Positions 42,796-53,022 of a stretch of 64,000 nucleotides of DNA are shown one piece after another. This DNA is from an uncultured Gemmatimonadales bacterium (GTDB lineage Bacteria > Gemmatimonadota > Gemmatimonadetes > Gemmatimonadales > GWC2-71-9): positions 192,001 to 256,000 of the forward strand of contig CAVSQW010000014.1 of the NCBI GenBank assembly GCA_963730185.1, read 5' to 3'. The notes below the pieces were generated by a model that ran no database searches, was not told the DNA's origin, and was given only the letters and a program-made list of their open reading frames with translations. The position numbers and the translations under genes were made by a program. The stretch's first letter is position 1. Each line of letters opens with the position of its first letter.

Positions 42796-45154
42796 TCCGC
42801 GGTGGCGAAAAGTTCTCCGCGACCTCTGGCTCCACCGGTCGCGACTCCTGCTGGCGGTGCCGGCCATCGCCGGCGGGCTGATCGCCGCGGGCGCGGTGCT
42901 CGACGCCTGGGCCCTGGTCGACCGGGCCACCCGGCAGGGATTCGCCGCGAGCGAGCCGGTGTCCGCCACCCTCGTCACGGACTCGGTGGACGCCCCGCTC
43001 CTCGCCCGGCTCCGGGTTCTGCCCGAGCTCGCGGCGGTGGAAGGCCGGCGGACGGTCCGGGCGACGATCCGGACGCCGGGCCGCGTCGCGGTGGCCGAGC
43101 TCTTCGCGGCCGTGGATCTCGCGGAGGTCCGGATCGGTCGGCTCACCCCGACCGACGGGGCCTGGCCGCCGGCCGACGGCACCATCGTGGTGGAGCGATC
43201 GTCGGTCGACTTCGCCGGGGTGGCCCTCGGCGACCGAGTGTCGATCGCGGTGGGCGATCGAGAGGCCACGATGCTCCGAGTGTCGGGCGTGGCGCGCGAC
43301 GTGGGACTCGCCCCCGGCTGGATGGAGCACGTGGTGTACGGATTCGTCTCCATGGGCACCCTGACCCGGCTCGGCCTCTTGCCGACGCTCGATGAGGTGC
43401 GGCTGGTGGTACGCGACCGAGGTCTCGATCAGGCGACGGTCCGCCGGGTTGCCGATCGAGTCAAGGACGAGATCGAGCGCACCGGCCGGCGGGTGCGGGA
43501 GGTGACGGTCCCCGTTCCCGGAGAGCACATCCATTCCGCCCAGATGAACTCGCTGCTCTTCACCCAGGCGGGCTTCGGGGCGCTGGCCCTGTTGTTGGGC
43601 GCCTTGCTGGTCGTCAATCTGATGTCGGCGATGCTGATCGGGCAGGTGCGAGAAATCGGGGTCATGAAGACGCTCGGGGCTCGCCCTGGGCCTCTGACGG
43701 CGATGTACCTCTCGATGGCCCTGGCGCTCGGGGTCGCGGCCACGGCCGTGGCCTTACCGATCGCCGCCGTGATCGGGCGCCAGTACGGGGCTTTCAAGGG
43801 CGAGCTTCTCAACTTTCCGGTCGAGGGCTACGCCATTCCCTGGTGGGCGATCGCCGTCCAGGCCCTCACCGGCCTGGCCACGCCGCTCCTCGCCGCGGCG
43901 GTCCCGGTCGTGCGGGGATGCCGGCTCACCGTCGGCGAGGCCTTGCGTGACGTCGGGATCGCGGCCGGACAGATCAAGCCGGGCGGGTTCCTCACCCGGG
44001 TCGGCGGCCCGGCGCGCCCCCTCCTCTTCTCGCTCCGCAACGCCTTTCGGCGGCGCCAGCGGTTGGCCTTCACCCTCGTCGCGCTCGCGATGGGCGGGGC
44101 CATCTATCTGGGGGCTCGGAATCTCGAGACCTCGATCGGACGCGGAATGGACCGGGTGTTCGCGCCCCTCCGCTACGATCTCCTGGTCCGGCTCGCCGCG
44201 CCGCAGCCGGCGGACAGCGTCGAGCGGGTCGTCGGACCCCTGGCCGGCGTGGCCCGGGTGGAGGCGTGGACCGGCGCGAGCGCCGAGGTGGTTCACGCCG
44301 ACGGCACCTTCGGCAACGCGTTTCAGATCGCCGGCCCCCCGCCCGACACCCGGCTGGTCCAGCTCGCCATCGCCGAAGGGCATTGGCCGCGGGCCGAGGA
44401 TGGTAATGCCCTGGTGATGAGTCAGGGCCTGGCTCGAACCGAGGGCCTGCACCTTGGCGACAGGGTGACGGTGATGATCGGCGGGCGGGCCAGTCGGTGG
44501 AGCGTGGTTGGGATCGGCGGCCCCGGCGTCTTCGTGGCGGCGGCCTTCGCGCCGCGCGAGGCCCTGGCCGCCGTCGCCACCGGCGGTCTGGCCACCAGCG
44601 CCGCGCTGTCCTTTGCGGTCCAGGGGCCGGCCGCGCGACTCGAGCTGATTCAGCGGGTTCGAGCCGGGCTCGGCGCCGCCGGCCTCCCCGTGACCGCTAC
44701 GAGTCTGACGACCGAATCGCGCGCCGTCGTGGAGGACCATCTCCTCACTGTGGCGGAGTTCCTGGGGGTGATGGCGTGGGTGACGATCGCCGTCGGTGGT
44801 CTGGGGCTGGCCTCGACGATGAGTCTGGCCGTCCTGGAGCGCACCCGGGAGATCGGGGTGCTCCGGGCCATCGGGGCCAGCCATCGAACCATCCTGGTGA
44901 TCGTAATGATCGAGTCGCTGGTGATCGGCGTGCTGAGCTGGGTGGTGGCGCTGCCGCTCGCGGTGCCGATGAGCGCCGTGCTCGCGGCGGCGTTCGGACG
45001 GACGATGTTCTCGGTCCCGCTGACTCTGGTGCCCGACCCGATCGGCCTGGTTACCTGGTTGGGCCTGGTGGTGGCGCTGTCCCTCGCCTCGGCCGCCTGG
45101 CCGGCGTGGCGGGCCACCCGGGTGCCCACTGCCAGGGCGCTGGCCTACGAGTAG
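42788..45154 (+). CDS. FtsX/MacB-family duplicated ABC permease
   Basis: WRKVLRDL, REIGVMK.LGA, ERTREIGVLRAIGA, ALAYE. Confidence 0.92.
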   Translation: MLDPRWRKVLRDLWLHRSRLLLAVPAIAGGLIAAGAVLDAWALVDRATRQGFAASEPVSATLVTDSVDAPLLARLRVLPELAAVEGRRTVRATIRTPGRVAVAELFAAVDLAEVRIGRLTPTDGAWPPADGTIVVERSSVDFAGVALGDRVSIAVGDREATMLRVSGVARDVGLAPGWMEHVVYGFVSMGTLTRLGLLPTLDEVRLVVRDRGLDQATVRRVADRVKDEIERTGRRVREVTVPVPGEHIHSAQMNSLLFTQAGFGALALLLGALLVVNLMSAMLIGQVREIGVMKTLGARPGPLTAMYLSMALALGVAATAVALPIAAVIGRQYGAFKGELLNFPVEGYAIPWWAIAVQALTGLATPLLAAAVPVVRGCRLTVGEALRDVGIAAGQIKPGGFLTRVGGPARPLLFSLRNAFRRRQRLAFTLVALAMGGAIYLGARNLETSIGRGMDRVFAPLRYDLLVRLAAPQPADSVERVVGPLAGVARVEAWTGASAEVVHADGTFGNAFQIAGPPPDTRLVQLAIAEGHWPRAEDGNALVMSQGLARTEGLHLGDRVTVMIGGRASRWSVVGIGGPGVFVAAAFAPREALAAVATGGLATSAALSFAVQGPAARLELIQRVRAGLGAAGLPVTATSLTTESRAVVEDHLLTVAEFLGVMAWVTIAVGGLGLASTMSLAVLERTREIGVLRAIGASHRTILVIVMIESLVIGVLSWVVALPLAVPMSAVLAAAFGRTMFSVPLTLVPDPIGLVTWLGLVVALSLASAAWPAWRATRVPTARALAYE

Positions 45155-45170
45155 CCGTCGGGCGAGGCCC

Positions 45171-45515
45171 TCAACGCGACCGGCGGCGGGACCTGACCGG
45201 CGGCTTGGCCCGGATGTGCTCCCACGCCAGCCGCATCGCCTCCCGGACGACCCCTACTCTCGCCGGGCGGAGCGTCACGAGAGTGCTGCCCGAGCGACCC
45301 CAGGCGCCGGCGGCCGGGCGAAAGACCTCCGGCTGACCGCCGATCAGGAACCGCTGATCCTCCGGGTCGAGCGACACCATCCCATGGCCCGTGTCGGGTG
45401 AGCCGAGGGTGGCGAAGATCCGGCCGTTGACGCGGAAGTCGGGGTGTCCCATGTGGGACCCTTCCATCACGCCGTCGAAGCCCAGGGCAAGCCTCCGAAA
45501 CTGATCCGGCGTCAC
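45171..45515 (-). CDS. MmcQ/YjbR family protein
   Basis: FRRLAL, HMGHPDFRVNGRIFATL, GAWGRSG.T, AW. Confidence 0.88.
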   Translation of the reverse strand: MTPDQFRRLALGFDGVMEGSHMGHPDFRVNGRIFATLGSPDTGHGMVSLDPEDQRFLIGGQPEVFRPAAGAWGRSGSTLVTLRPARVGVVREAMRLAWEHIRAKPPVRSRRRSR

Positions 45516-45517
45516 GC

Positions 45518-45685
45518 TCAGGAGAAGTACTGGCGGGCGATCTTGACGCCGAGGTACATGCCGACCCCCGTGCCGACGGTCGAGAGCACGAAAGCGGTCA
45601 TGAATCCGATCGGGGCGCCGACGTACCAGCCGACGGTGCCGCCGACGGTACCGCCGACAAAGCCGAGCAGTCGTGTGATTGCCAT
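45518..45685 (-). CDS. 55-aa glycine-zipper membrane protein (absent from the ORF track)
   Basis: MAITRLLGFVGGTVGGTVGWYVGAPIGFMTAFVLSTVGTGVGMYLGVKIARQYFS*; GC3-biased codons; stop 2 nt before the next start. Confidence 0.8.
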   Translation of the reverse strand: MAITRLLGFVGGTVGGTVGWYVGAPIGFMTAFVLSTVGTGVGMYLGVKIARQYFS

Positions 45686-45776
45686 GGTCAGACCGGAATG
45701 TACCCCGGCCGGACAGGAAGGTCGATCGGGTGGTCGCTCGAGGCCGGCCTGCGAGCGGCGTCCCCCGGCCGCCGCT

Positions 45777-46275
45777 TTAGAAGAAGCGGCTCAGGTCCCC
45801 GAGGTCGAGGGTGAGCTGATGGGTGATGTTGTTGTTGCTGGGACAGTAGTACCAATGCTCGCCGGTGACGTGGTCGTTCGAGTCGAATTGCTTGACCAGG
45901 AACCGGTACCGCCGACCGGTGGTACATGCGAACTCCAGGTCGTAGACCCAGCGGCCCGTTGTGTTGGGGCTGATCCACACCGACTGCTTGAGCTTCTTCC
46001 ACGGACCGGCCAACAGCGCCGTCACTTGGGATCGTACCTGGCTGTCACGGGAGACGGCGACTCGCCGACTGCCCGTGTTCCTGCCCACCACGTTGATTTT
46101 TGCATCCCATGAGCGCGTCAGCGGCCCCACCGGACCCCGCTACCGCGGCCGATCGGGTGGCGAGCGATCTCGGAGCTGGCTTGGCCACGGACGGCGCTCC
46201 CCAAGCGACCACCCCGATCACCAGAAAGCCGGGGACAAGGACCCTGCCGAACAACGTGACGCTTCGTCGGTGCAT
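45777..46275 (-). pseudogene. Exported hypothetical protein split by a one-base insertion in an A5 run (46097-46101)
   Basis: The signal-peptide ORF (MHRRS...LMGCK, GGAGG RBS) joins INVVGRN...DLGDLSRFF if one A is removed. Confidence 0.65.
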
Positions 46276-46385
46276 GGTGGCCTCCACGAGTGGCCGGCGG
46301 TGGCTGAGAGGACGACGTTGGCTCGTCAATCCGACCGCCTGAACGCAGTCTCGGGGAGAAATCCGCCACCACCGCCGGGGGCCGC

Positions 46386-48482
46386 CTAGGGCCGGGCCGC
46401 GAGCGAGTCCCGCCGCGCCAGCGCGGCCTCGAGGCCCGGGATGTAGTCACGACCGGTCTCGATCACGACGCTCGATCCGTCCAGCTGGTCGGTGATCGGG
46501 GCGGCTCGGCCGCCGAGGCACCGGGCCAGAAACTGCTCGCCGATAGCCCAGAATGAGAAACTGTTGGCCGGCCGGAGCAGCCCGTGGCCCTCGTCCGGAT
46601 AGACGGCGTAGACCACCGGAACCCGGGCGGCGGTCATCGCGGCGACCACCGTGTCGGACTGGTACTTCGGCACCCGGGCGTCGTTGCTGCCCTGGCCGAT
46701 CAGGACCGGATGCTGGGTCTGCCCGGCGAAGTTGATCGGTGAGCGCGACCGGAGAAAGGCTCGGCCCGAGTCGGTCCGGGGGTCACCCACGACCTTGGCC
46801 ATCCGGTCCACGTTCCAGTGGGGCATGAACCGCTCGAGGTTCGAGGGGCCGACCAGGTCGATCCCGCAGGCGAAGGCGTCCGGCGTCATCGTCATCCCGA
46901 CCAGCACCTCGTACCCGCCATAGCTCCCCCCGACGATCGCCACTCGCTTCCGATCGATGATGCCCTGGTCGGCGGCCCAATCCACCTGCTGGAGGACGTC
47001 CTCGTGCATCTTGCCGCCCCACTCCAGGTTCTGGCCGTTCATATACCGCTTCCCGAACCCGGCCGAGCCGCGATAGTTGAGGTAGAGCACGGCGTAGCCC
47101 CGGTTCGCGAACCAGTGCACGATCCCGCCGAACGCCCATTGGGCCCGCTCGTCGCTCGGCCCGCCGTGAACCAGGACGACCGCCGGGACCGGAGTGACGG
47201 GCTTCCCGTCCCCATCCGGATCGGTCCAGGGCGGCAGGAGGTAGTAGGAGACGAGCGGCAGCCCGTCCGGCGTCGTCAGCTCGAACGGGTGGAGCTTCGA
47301 GAAGTGGAGGCTGTCGAGGGCAGGCGTGGCCGAAAAGAGCCTGGTCGCCCGGCCGGTGGACCGGTCGTAGACGTAGTAGGCGATCGGGGCGTCGGACATC
47401 AGGTAGCGGACCACCCAGATCCGCTGGTCGCGCGAGCGGCCCAGGACGCTCAGGTCGCCGTCGGCCACCTTGGCGAGCCGGTCGAAGTCGGCCTGGAGGG
47501 TGGGATCGAGGACCGTCCACTTGGTGCGGGTCCAGATCGTGGCGTAGGCCTGGAGCGCGTAGGTCGTGGGGTGATAGAGCACCTCGGCCAGGTCCACCCG
47601 CGGGTCGGCGGCAATCGAATCGCGCTGGCCCGTGGCCGGGTCGAGGGCCACCAGGGCGGCCGCGTCCCGGTGCTCCGAGTCGAAGAGGTAGAGCCGGCGG
47701 TTGTCGCCGTCGAACGCGAGGGCGTTGCGATAGGCGCTGGCGCTCAGGGCCGGCACGTCGTCGGGGCTCAGGTCCCAAACCAGGTCCCAGCCGCCCGATG
47801 GAGTGGGGCGGTAGAGGTCGACCGAGCCGTCCGGAGAGAACCCCATCCCCACCCGCGGGCGGAGGTGGCGGTCGGGAAGCACGGCGAGCATCGCGTCGTT
47901 CTCGAGGATCAGCCGACGCTCACCGGTCTCGAGGTCCAGGCGGTAGAGATCGGGAATCGCCGGGTTCCGGTCCTTGACCGAGATCGCGGCGTAGCGCGGG
48001 TCATCGTCGGAGAAGGCGAGGAGCTGGACCGCGACGCCCGGAAGTGGGGTGAGGGCCCGCTCTTGGCCCGTCTCGATCTCGACCGAGTAGAGGTTCCACT
48101 TCTCGTTGCCGTTCTGGTCCTCGGGGAAGACGATCCGGCGACTGTCGGGCGTCCACCGGTACATGGTGTTGCCGCTCACGTCGCTCGCCTGGAGCCCCCG
48201 GCCGGTGCGGTGGGTCAGCTGGCGGGCCGAATCCGGCGCGCCGGTCGCGGCGACGAACAGGTTGGCGGCGCCGTCGACCGGGCGCATGAAGCTGATCCAC
48301 CGCCCGTCCGGGCTCACGCCGAGGGCGTTGTTGGTCGCGGGGGCCAGGAGGGTCTTCAAGGGACGGAGGGGATCCGGCTCGGGGCTCGCCGATCGGCAGG
48401 CTCCGTTGGCCAACAGGCCCACCGCGATGCCTGCGGTGGTGAGGAGGGGGCGGCCGCCCCGCAACGATCGCAAATGGGCCAT
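46386..48482 (-). CDS. S9 family peptidase, probable lipoprotein
   Basis: ANGAC lipobox-like; HGGP, NYRGS.GFG, GGSYGGY, NDARV, DEGHG. Confidence 0.92.
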   Translation of the reverse strand: MAHLRSLRGGRPLLTTAGIAVGLLANGACRSASPEPDPLRPLKTLLAPATNNALGVSPDGRWISFMRPVDGAANLFVAATGAPDSARQLTHRTGRGLQASDVSGNTMYRWTPDSRRIVFPEDQNGNEKWNLYSVEIETGQERALTPLPGVAVQLLAFSDDDPRYAAISVKDRNPAIPDLYRLDLETGERRLILENDAMLAVLPDRHLRPRVGMGFSPDGSVDLYRPTPSGGWDLVWDLSPDDVPALSASAYRNALAFDGDNRRLYLFDSEHRDAAALVALDPATGQRDSIAADPRVDLAEVLYHPTTYALQAYATIWTRTKWTVLDPTLQADFDRLAKVADGDLSVLGRSRDQRIWVVRYLMSDAPIAYYVYDRSTGRATRLFSATPALDSLHFSKLHPFELTTPDGLPLVSYYLLPPWTDPDGDGKPVTPVPAVVLVHGGPSDERAQWAFGGIVHWFANRGYAVLYLNYRGSAGFGKRYMNGQNLEWGGKMHEDVLQQVDWAADQGIIDRKRVAIVGGSYGGYEVLVGMTMTPDAFACGIDLVGPSNLERFMPHWNVDRMAKVVGDPRTDSGRAFLRSRSPINFAGQTQHPVLIGQGSNDARVPKYQSDTVVAAMTAARVPVVYAVYPDEGHGLLRPANSFSFWAIGEQFLARCLGGRAAPITDQLDGSSVVIETGRDYIPGLEAALARRDSLAARP

Positions 48483-48573
48483 GGGACGCCGACCGACGTG
48501 AGGGAGTGGTTGGAGGACGGGGAAGCCCGAATATACCGGCCGGCCAAGGTGCTCGGGGGCCATTGAAACGTTT

Positions 48574-48600
48574 TGCTCCTGTAGCCCGTCTAACGGAGCA
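48574..48600 (+). promoter_or_regulatory. Imperfect palindrome overlapping the padR RBS (candidate autoregulatory operator)
   Basis: TGCTCC-tg-TAG-cccgt-CTA-ac-GGAGCA directly before the ATG; TTGAAA at 48563. Confidence 0.6.
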
Positions 48601-48935
48601 TGTCTGCCGACCCCCGCTCCGAAATCCTGCCCGGCACCCTCGAGATGCTGGTCCTCAAGATCCTCACCCTGGAGCCCGCCCACGGGTGGGGCATCTCCTT
48701 TCGGCTCCGGTCGATCTCGGGTGAGGTCTTCGACGTCAACCAGGGCTCGCTCTACCCGGCCCTCCAGCGGCTCCTCCGGCGGGGGCTGATCCGGGCCGAG
48801 TGGCGGCCCAGCGAGAACAATCGGCGGGCGCGTTACTACGACATCACCGCCGCGGGTCGGCGGGCACTCGATCTGGCCGTCTCGGACTGGCAGCGGTCGT
48901 CGGGCGCCGTCGATCGCGTGCTGCGCTTCGTGTAA
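48600..48935 (+). CDS. PadR family regulator, acidobacterial ADOP-associated type
   Basis: GTLEML.LK.L, HGWGI, QGSLYPAL.RL, SENNRRARYY.IT. Confidence 0.95.
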   Translation: MSADPRSEILPGTLEMLVLKILTLEPAHGWGISFRLRSISGEVFDVNQGSLYPALQRLLRRGLIRAEWRPSENNRRARYYDITAAGRRALDLAVSDWQRSSGAVDRVLRFV

Positions 48936-48946
48936 GGGAGGAGTCT

Positions 48947-51658
48947 ATGACCTGGCTTGCCACGCTCCGTTCCGCGCTGTCAGCCCTCTTTCGCCGGCGC
49001 CGGGAAGACCGCGAGCTGGCAGAGGAGATCCGCCACCATCTCGACCTCGAGACCGCGCATCGTGTCCGCCAGGGGACGAGCCCCGGCGCGGCCCGCCGGG
49101 AGGCAGTCCGGGCGTTCGGGGGCGTGGCCCAGGTGCAGGAAGACGTGCGGGACGAGCGGGCCGGCAGCCGGTTCGAGGCGCTCGGCAAGGACGTGAGCTT
49201 TGCCTGGCGGTCGCTGCGGCGGGAGGCCGGCCTGACCGCGCTGGTGGTGCTCACGTTGGGCTTCGGTATCGGGGCGACCACCGCGCTCTTCGCCGTGGTC
49301 AAGAGCGCGCTCCTCGCTCCGCTGCCCTACGCCGATCCCGGCACCGTGGCCGAGGTCTGGAGTGCCTGGAAGGGCTACGACCACACCTGGCTCTCGTACG
49401 ACGAATACGAGGCCTGGAAGGAGGAGATCCCGGCCTTCAAGGACATCGCGCTCTATGGGGGCGGCTCGGTCGACCTCACGGGGGGCGACCAGCCGGAGCG
49501 GGTTCGCGAGACGGACGTCGACCGGAACGTGTTCCCGGTGCTCGGGGTGACGCCCCGGCTGGGACGCAACTTCACGGCCGAGGAGGACCGGCCGGGGGGG
49601 CCGTCGGCGGCAATCATCAGCTACGATCTTTGGCAGCGGCGGTTCGGCGGTGACCCGGCGGTGGTGGGACGGAGCATCGAGGTCAACGGTGTTGCCCGGC
49701 CGCTGGTGGGGGTGATGCCGTCCGGCTTTCGGCTGCCGCTCGACTTCGGGGCCGACGGCCGCACCGATGTCTACCTGCCGCTGGCGACCGATGCCGCGAA
49801 CGAGGGTGCGGTGCCTGGACCGGCGTTCCCGGCCGGCGGGGGCGGTAACCACAACTACTTCGCGGTAGCGCGCTTGACGCCGGGCGCCACGGTCGAGCTC
49901 GCGAACGCCCAGCTCCGCGATCTGGTGGCTCAGCTGACTCGCGACAAGTTCATGACCTCCACGCCCGACTTCCGGGCGTTCGCGGTCCCGGTGACGGAGC
50001 AGGTGAGCGGCAACGTCCGCACCCCCCTCCTAATCCTCCTCGGCGCGGTGGGCGTGGTGCTGCTGATCGCCTGTGCGAACGTGGCGGGCCTGCTGCTGGT
50101 TCGCGGTGAGCGGCGGCGTCGCGAGCTGGCGGTGCGGGTGGCGCTGGGCGCCGATCGGGGGCGGATCACCCGGCTCCTCCTCGCGGAGTCGGCGCTCCTG
50201 GCCGTGATGGGGATGGTGGTCGGTCTGGGTGTGGCTCGGCTCGGCCTCGAAGGTGTTCGCCGGTTCGCCCCGAGCTCGCTGGCGCGAGTGGGCGACGCGC
50301 ATCTCGATCCCTGGCTCCTGACGGCGGCGCTGGCGGTCGCCGGGATCACGGCGCTCCTCACCGGCCTGTTGCCCGCGCTCCAGGCCGCGCGGGTCGCCCC
50401 GGCGGAGGAGATGCGGGAAGGTGGCCGGAGCGCGACGTCCGGCCAGGCCCGGCTCCGGTGGCGCCAGGCGCTGGTGACGGCCGAGGTGGCGCTGGCCGTC
50501 GTCCTGGCAGTCGGCGCGGGGCTCTTGATCCGGACGGTCGCGAATCTCGTCTCGATCGATCCGGGCTTCGACACGCGGGGCATCCTGACGATGCGGCTGT
50601 CGACCCCGTCGACCTGGTATGGCGACTCGCTCCAGGTGACCGCGTTCTGGCGGGACCTCGAGCACGATCTCGCCCAGGTTCCGGGCGTCAAGGCGGTGGG
50701 CAGCGTGCGGCTCCTGCCCCTGGCGACGGAGATGGGCGATTGGGGGGTTCAGGTCGAGGGGTACACCCCCCCGAACGGGCGGGGGTTCACCCCGGCGGAT
50801 TGGCAGATCCTGACGCCCGGCGCTCTTACGGTGCTGGGCTTCCGGCTGCACGAGGGGCGGTTGCTCGGCCCGGCGGACGACATGCAGGGCCCCCTGGCGA
50901 TGGTGGTGAACGAGAGCTTCGCGAAGTCGTACGCGGACGGGCGGTCGCCGCTCGGTCTCCGGGTCAGGATCGGGAGCGCCCTGGGGCCGAACGGGCCCCA
51001 GTACCAGATCGTCGGCGTCGTGGAGGACGCCCGGCACAACACCCTCACCAGCCAGGTCAAGCCGGCCTTCTACGTCACCCCGGCCCAGTTCGCCATGGCC
51101 CCCGGCAGCACCCGGCGGAGCATGAGTCTGGTGCTTCGGACCGACGACGATCCGAAAGCGCTGATCGGTCCCGTTCGGGCGGTGATCCGCCGAGCCGATC
51201 CGCGGCTCCCGATCTCCGAAGTGCGGACCATGCAGGAGATCGTCGACGCGTCGATCGCCGCCCCGGACTTCGCGATGCAGCTACTATCCGGGTTCGGGTT
51301 CCTGGCGCTGACGCTCTCGGCCGTCGGCGTCTTCGGGGTGGTGGCCCACTCCGTCGCGATCCGGCAGCAGGAGTTCGGGATCCGGGCGGCCCTGGGCGCC
51401 CGGCCGTCCGAGCTGCTCCGGATGGCGCTCGGTTCGGGGTTCCGTCAAACCGCGGCCGGCATCGCTATCGGGGTGGGGCTCGCTCTGGTGACGACCCGAC
51501 TGCTCGGATCGATCCTGCAGGGCGTCGGCACGGCCGACCCGCTCACCTTCGGAACGGTGGTGGCGGTGACGGCGCTCGTGACCCTCGGCGCCAGCATGGT
51601 CCCGGCGCTCCGGGCGGCGCGGGCGGAGCCGGGCATGGTGCTCCGCACCGATCAGTAG
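48947..51658 (+). CDS. ADOP-type ABC permease with N-terminal prefix domain
   Basis: EEIRHHL..E, ARREA.RAFG, GIGATTALF, IACANVA, DPGFD, EFGIRAALGA. Confidence 0.93.
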   Translation: MTWLATLRSALSALFRRRREDRELAEEIRHHLDLETAHRVRQGTSPGAARREAVRAFGGVAQVQEDVRDERAGSRFEALGKDVSFAWRSLRREAGLTALVVLTLGFGIGATTALFAVVKSALLAPLPYADPGTVAEVWSAWKGYDHTWLSYDEYEAWKEEIPAFKDIALYGGGSVDLTGGDQPERVRETDVDRNVFPVLGVTPRLGRNFTAEEDRPGGPSAAIISYDLWQRRFGGDPAVVGRSIEVNGVARPLVGVMPSGFRLPLDFGADGRTDVYLPLATDAANEGAVPGPAFPAGGGGNHNYFAVARLTPGATVELANAQLRDLVAQLTRDKFMTSTPDFRAFAVPVTEQVSGNVRTPLLILLGAVGVVLLIACANVAGLLLVRGERRRRELAVRVALGADRGRITRLLLAESALLAVMGMVVGLGVARLGLEGVRRFAPSSLARVGDAHLDPWLLTAALAVAGITALLTGLLPALQAARVAPAEEMREGGRSATSGQARLRWRQALVTAEVALAVVLAVGAGLLIRTVANLVSIDPGFDTRGILTMRLSTPSTWYGDSLQVTAFWRDLEHDLAQVPGVKAVGSVRLLPLATEMGDWGVQVEGYTPPNGRGFTPADWQILTPGALTVLGFRLHEGRLLGPADDMQGPLAMVVNESFAKSYADGRSPLGLRVRIGSALGPNGPQYQIVGVVEDARHNTLTSQVKPAFYVTPAQFAMAPGSTRRSMSLVLRTDDDPKALIGPVRAVIRRADPRLPISEVRTMQEIVDASIAAPDFAMQLLSGFGFLALTLSAVGVFGVVAHSVAIRQQEFGIRAALGARPSELLRMALGSGFRQTAAGIAIGVGLALVTTRLLGSILQGVGTADPLTFGTVVAVTALVTLGASMVPALRAARAEPGMVLRTDQ

Positions 51659-51660
51659 GC

Positions 51661-51688
51661 GACGGGCCGGGGCCTGAGCCGGCCCGTC
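51661..51688. terminator. Hairpin between convergent genes
   Basis: GACGGGCCGG-ggcctgag-CCGGCCCGTC: perfect 10-bp stem, no clear U-tract. Confidence 0.65.
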
Positions 51689-51697
51689 ATCGTTCGG

Positions 51698-52744
51698 TCA
51701 ATGCGTGATCCGGAAGAACCAGGCGGCCACCACCGGACCGCGCGGGCGACGGCCGCGCGGAGCCGGCGTGTCGGCCGCGGCCTCGGGGGCGGGCCCATAC
51801 TCGGGCTGGAACAGATACGCCGTGTGGGTCACCGGATCGACGGTGATCGTCTTGGCCCCCTCCATGGTCGGGACGGTGGCCACCACGGTGTAGTGGTCGG
51901 GCGAATCCTGCCGGACCACCGTGACGTTGCCGTCGCGGCCGGCCGGTACGTAGATCAGCTTCTCCGACGGATCCCAACCGAGAGCATCGACGCCATCGCC
52001 ATTGGTGATGGTGGCCACGACCTTGCCCGCGGCAGGGTCGACCACGACCGAGGTGTTGCCGCAGCCCGAGAAGATCCGGTTCGACGCCGCGTCGAACGCG
52101 ATCCCGGTCGGGCCCTCGCAGGGCGCCAGCGGCCAGGAGGCGATGGCCTTCATGCTGGCGAGATCCACTACCTGCATCGTGCTCTTCCGCTCGTTGTTGA
52201 CGAAGATCTTCCCGTGCCCGTCGCTCGCGGCGCCCTCCGGAGCATTGTCCTCGAGCTCCGCCGTGCCCACCACCGTCCCGGCCTTCGGGTCGATCGCGGT
52301 GACCGTGCCGATGGGCCGGCTGTGGTTGGTCAGGATGACCCGGTCGGCCGACGCATCGTACATGATCCCATCGAGTCCCCCGCTCGCGACCGGAATCTTC
52401 TTGATCACCGCCAGGGTCTTGAGATCGAACATCGTGACGGTGGAATCGCCGCCGTTGGTCGTGAACCCATGGTTGTACCGGGCGACCAGGGCGATGCCGT
52501 GCATCCTGGGGGTGTCGGGGATGTCGCCCAGCACCTTGCCGGTGGAACCGTCGACGACCATGACGTGGGTGCTGCGGGAGACGAAGACCCGGCCGGTTCC
52601 CGGCTCGGCGACCAAGTAGTCGGTGCCCCCATCACCACCGATGTTGAACTTGTCGACCTTGAAGGTCTGGGCGTGGCCGGTGCCTGGCCAAGCCAGAACG
52701 GCCGCGACCAGCCAGGCGGAGTGACGAACGGCGTATCCGGGCAT
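51698..52744 (-). CDS. YncE-family beta-propeller protein, exported
   Basis: Signal peptide AHA; DGGTDY, HGIAL, WPLAPCEGPTG.A.D, GAKTI..DP. Confidence 0.85.
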   Translation of the reverse strand: MPGYAVRHSAWLVAAVLAWPGTGHAQTFKVDKFNIGGDGGTDYLVAEPGTGRVFVSRSTHVMVVDGSTGKVLGDIPDTPRMHGIALVARYNHGFTTNGGDSTVTMFDLKTLAVIKKIPVASGGLDGIMYDASADRVILTNHSRPIGTVTAIDPKAGTVVGTAELEDNAPEGAASDGHGKIFVNNERKSTMQVVDLASMKAIASWPLAPCEGPTGIAFDAASNRIFSGCGNTSVVVDPAAGKVVATITNGDGVDALGWDPSEKLIYVPAGRDGNVTVVRQDSPDHYTVVATVPTMEGAKTITVDPVTHTAYLFQPEYGPAPEAAADTPAPRGRRPRGPVVAAWFFRITH

Positions 52745-53022
52745 ATGAGAGCCTCGATGGCAATCCGCCCCGGGTAAGGACCCCAACGGCGCCGGCTCGC
52801 GTCGGCTTGGGGGCACCCGGCCCAGGGCAGGGTGGTGAGCCGTGTTGTAGGCCTCGAATGATACCTCGCCAGTGGGCTGAACGGGCGAGCGCACCCCGGC
52901 CACCAACCCCGCGGTGCCGTCCCTCGCCGCCGGTTCGAAATGAAACAACTGCCTCCCGGTCCTCGTCCGGTTCCCTGTTCGCCCAACGCCGCCATTCCGA
53001 CTCAACGCTGGGGCCGCCTCCC

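Noticed and set aside
41338..43359. 673-aa minus-strand ORF
   Set aside because: Only the last ~196 codons (from 41928) look like a protein; the rest is antisense to the ABC genes.
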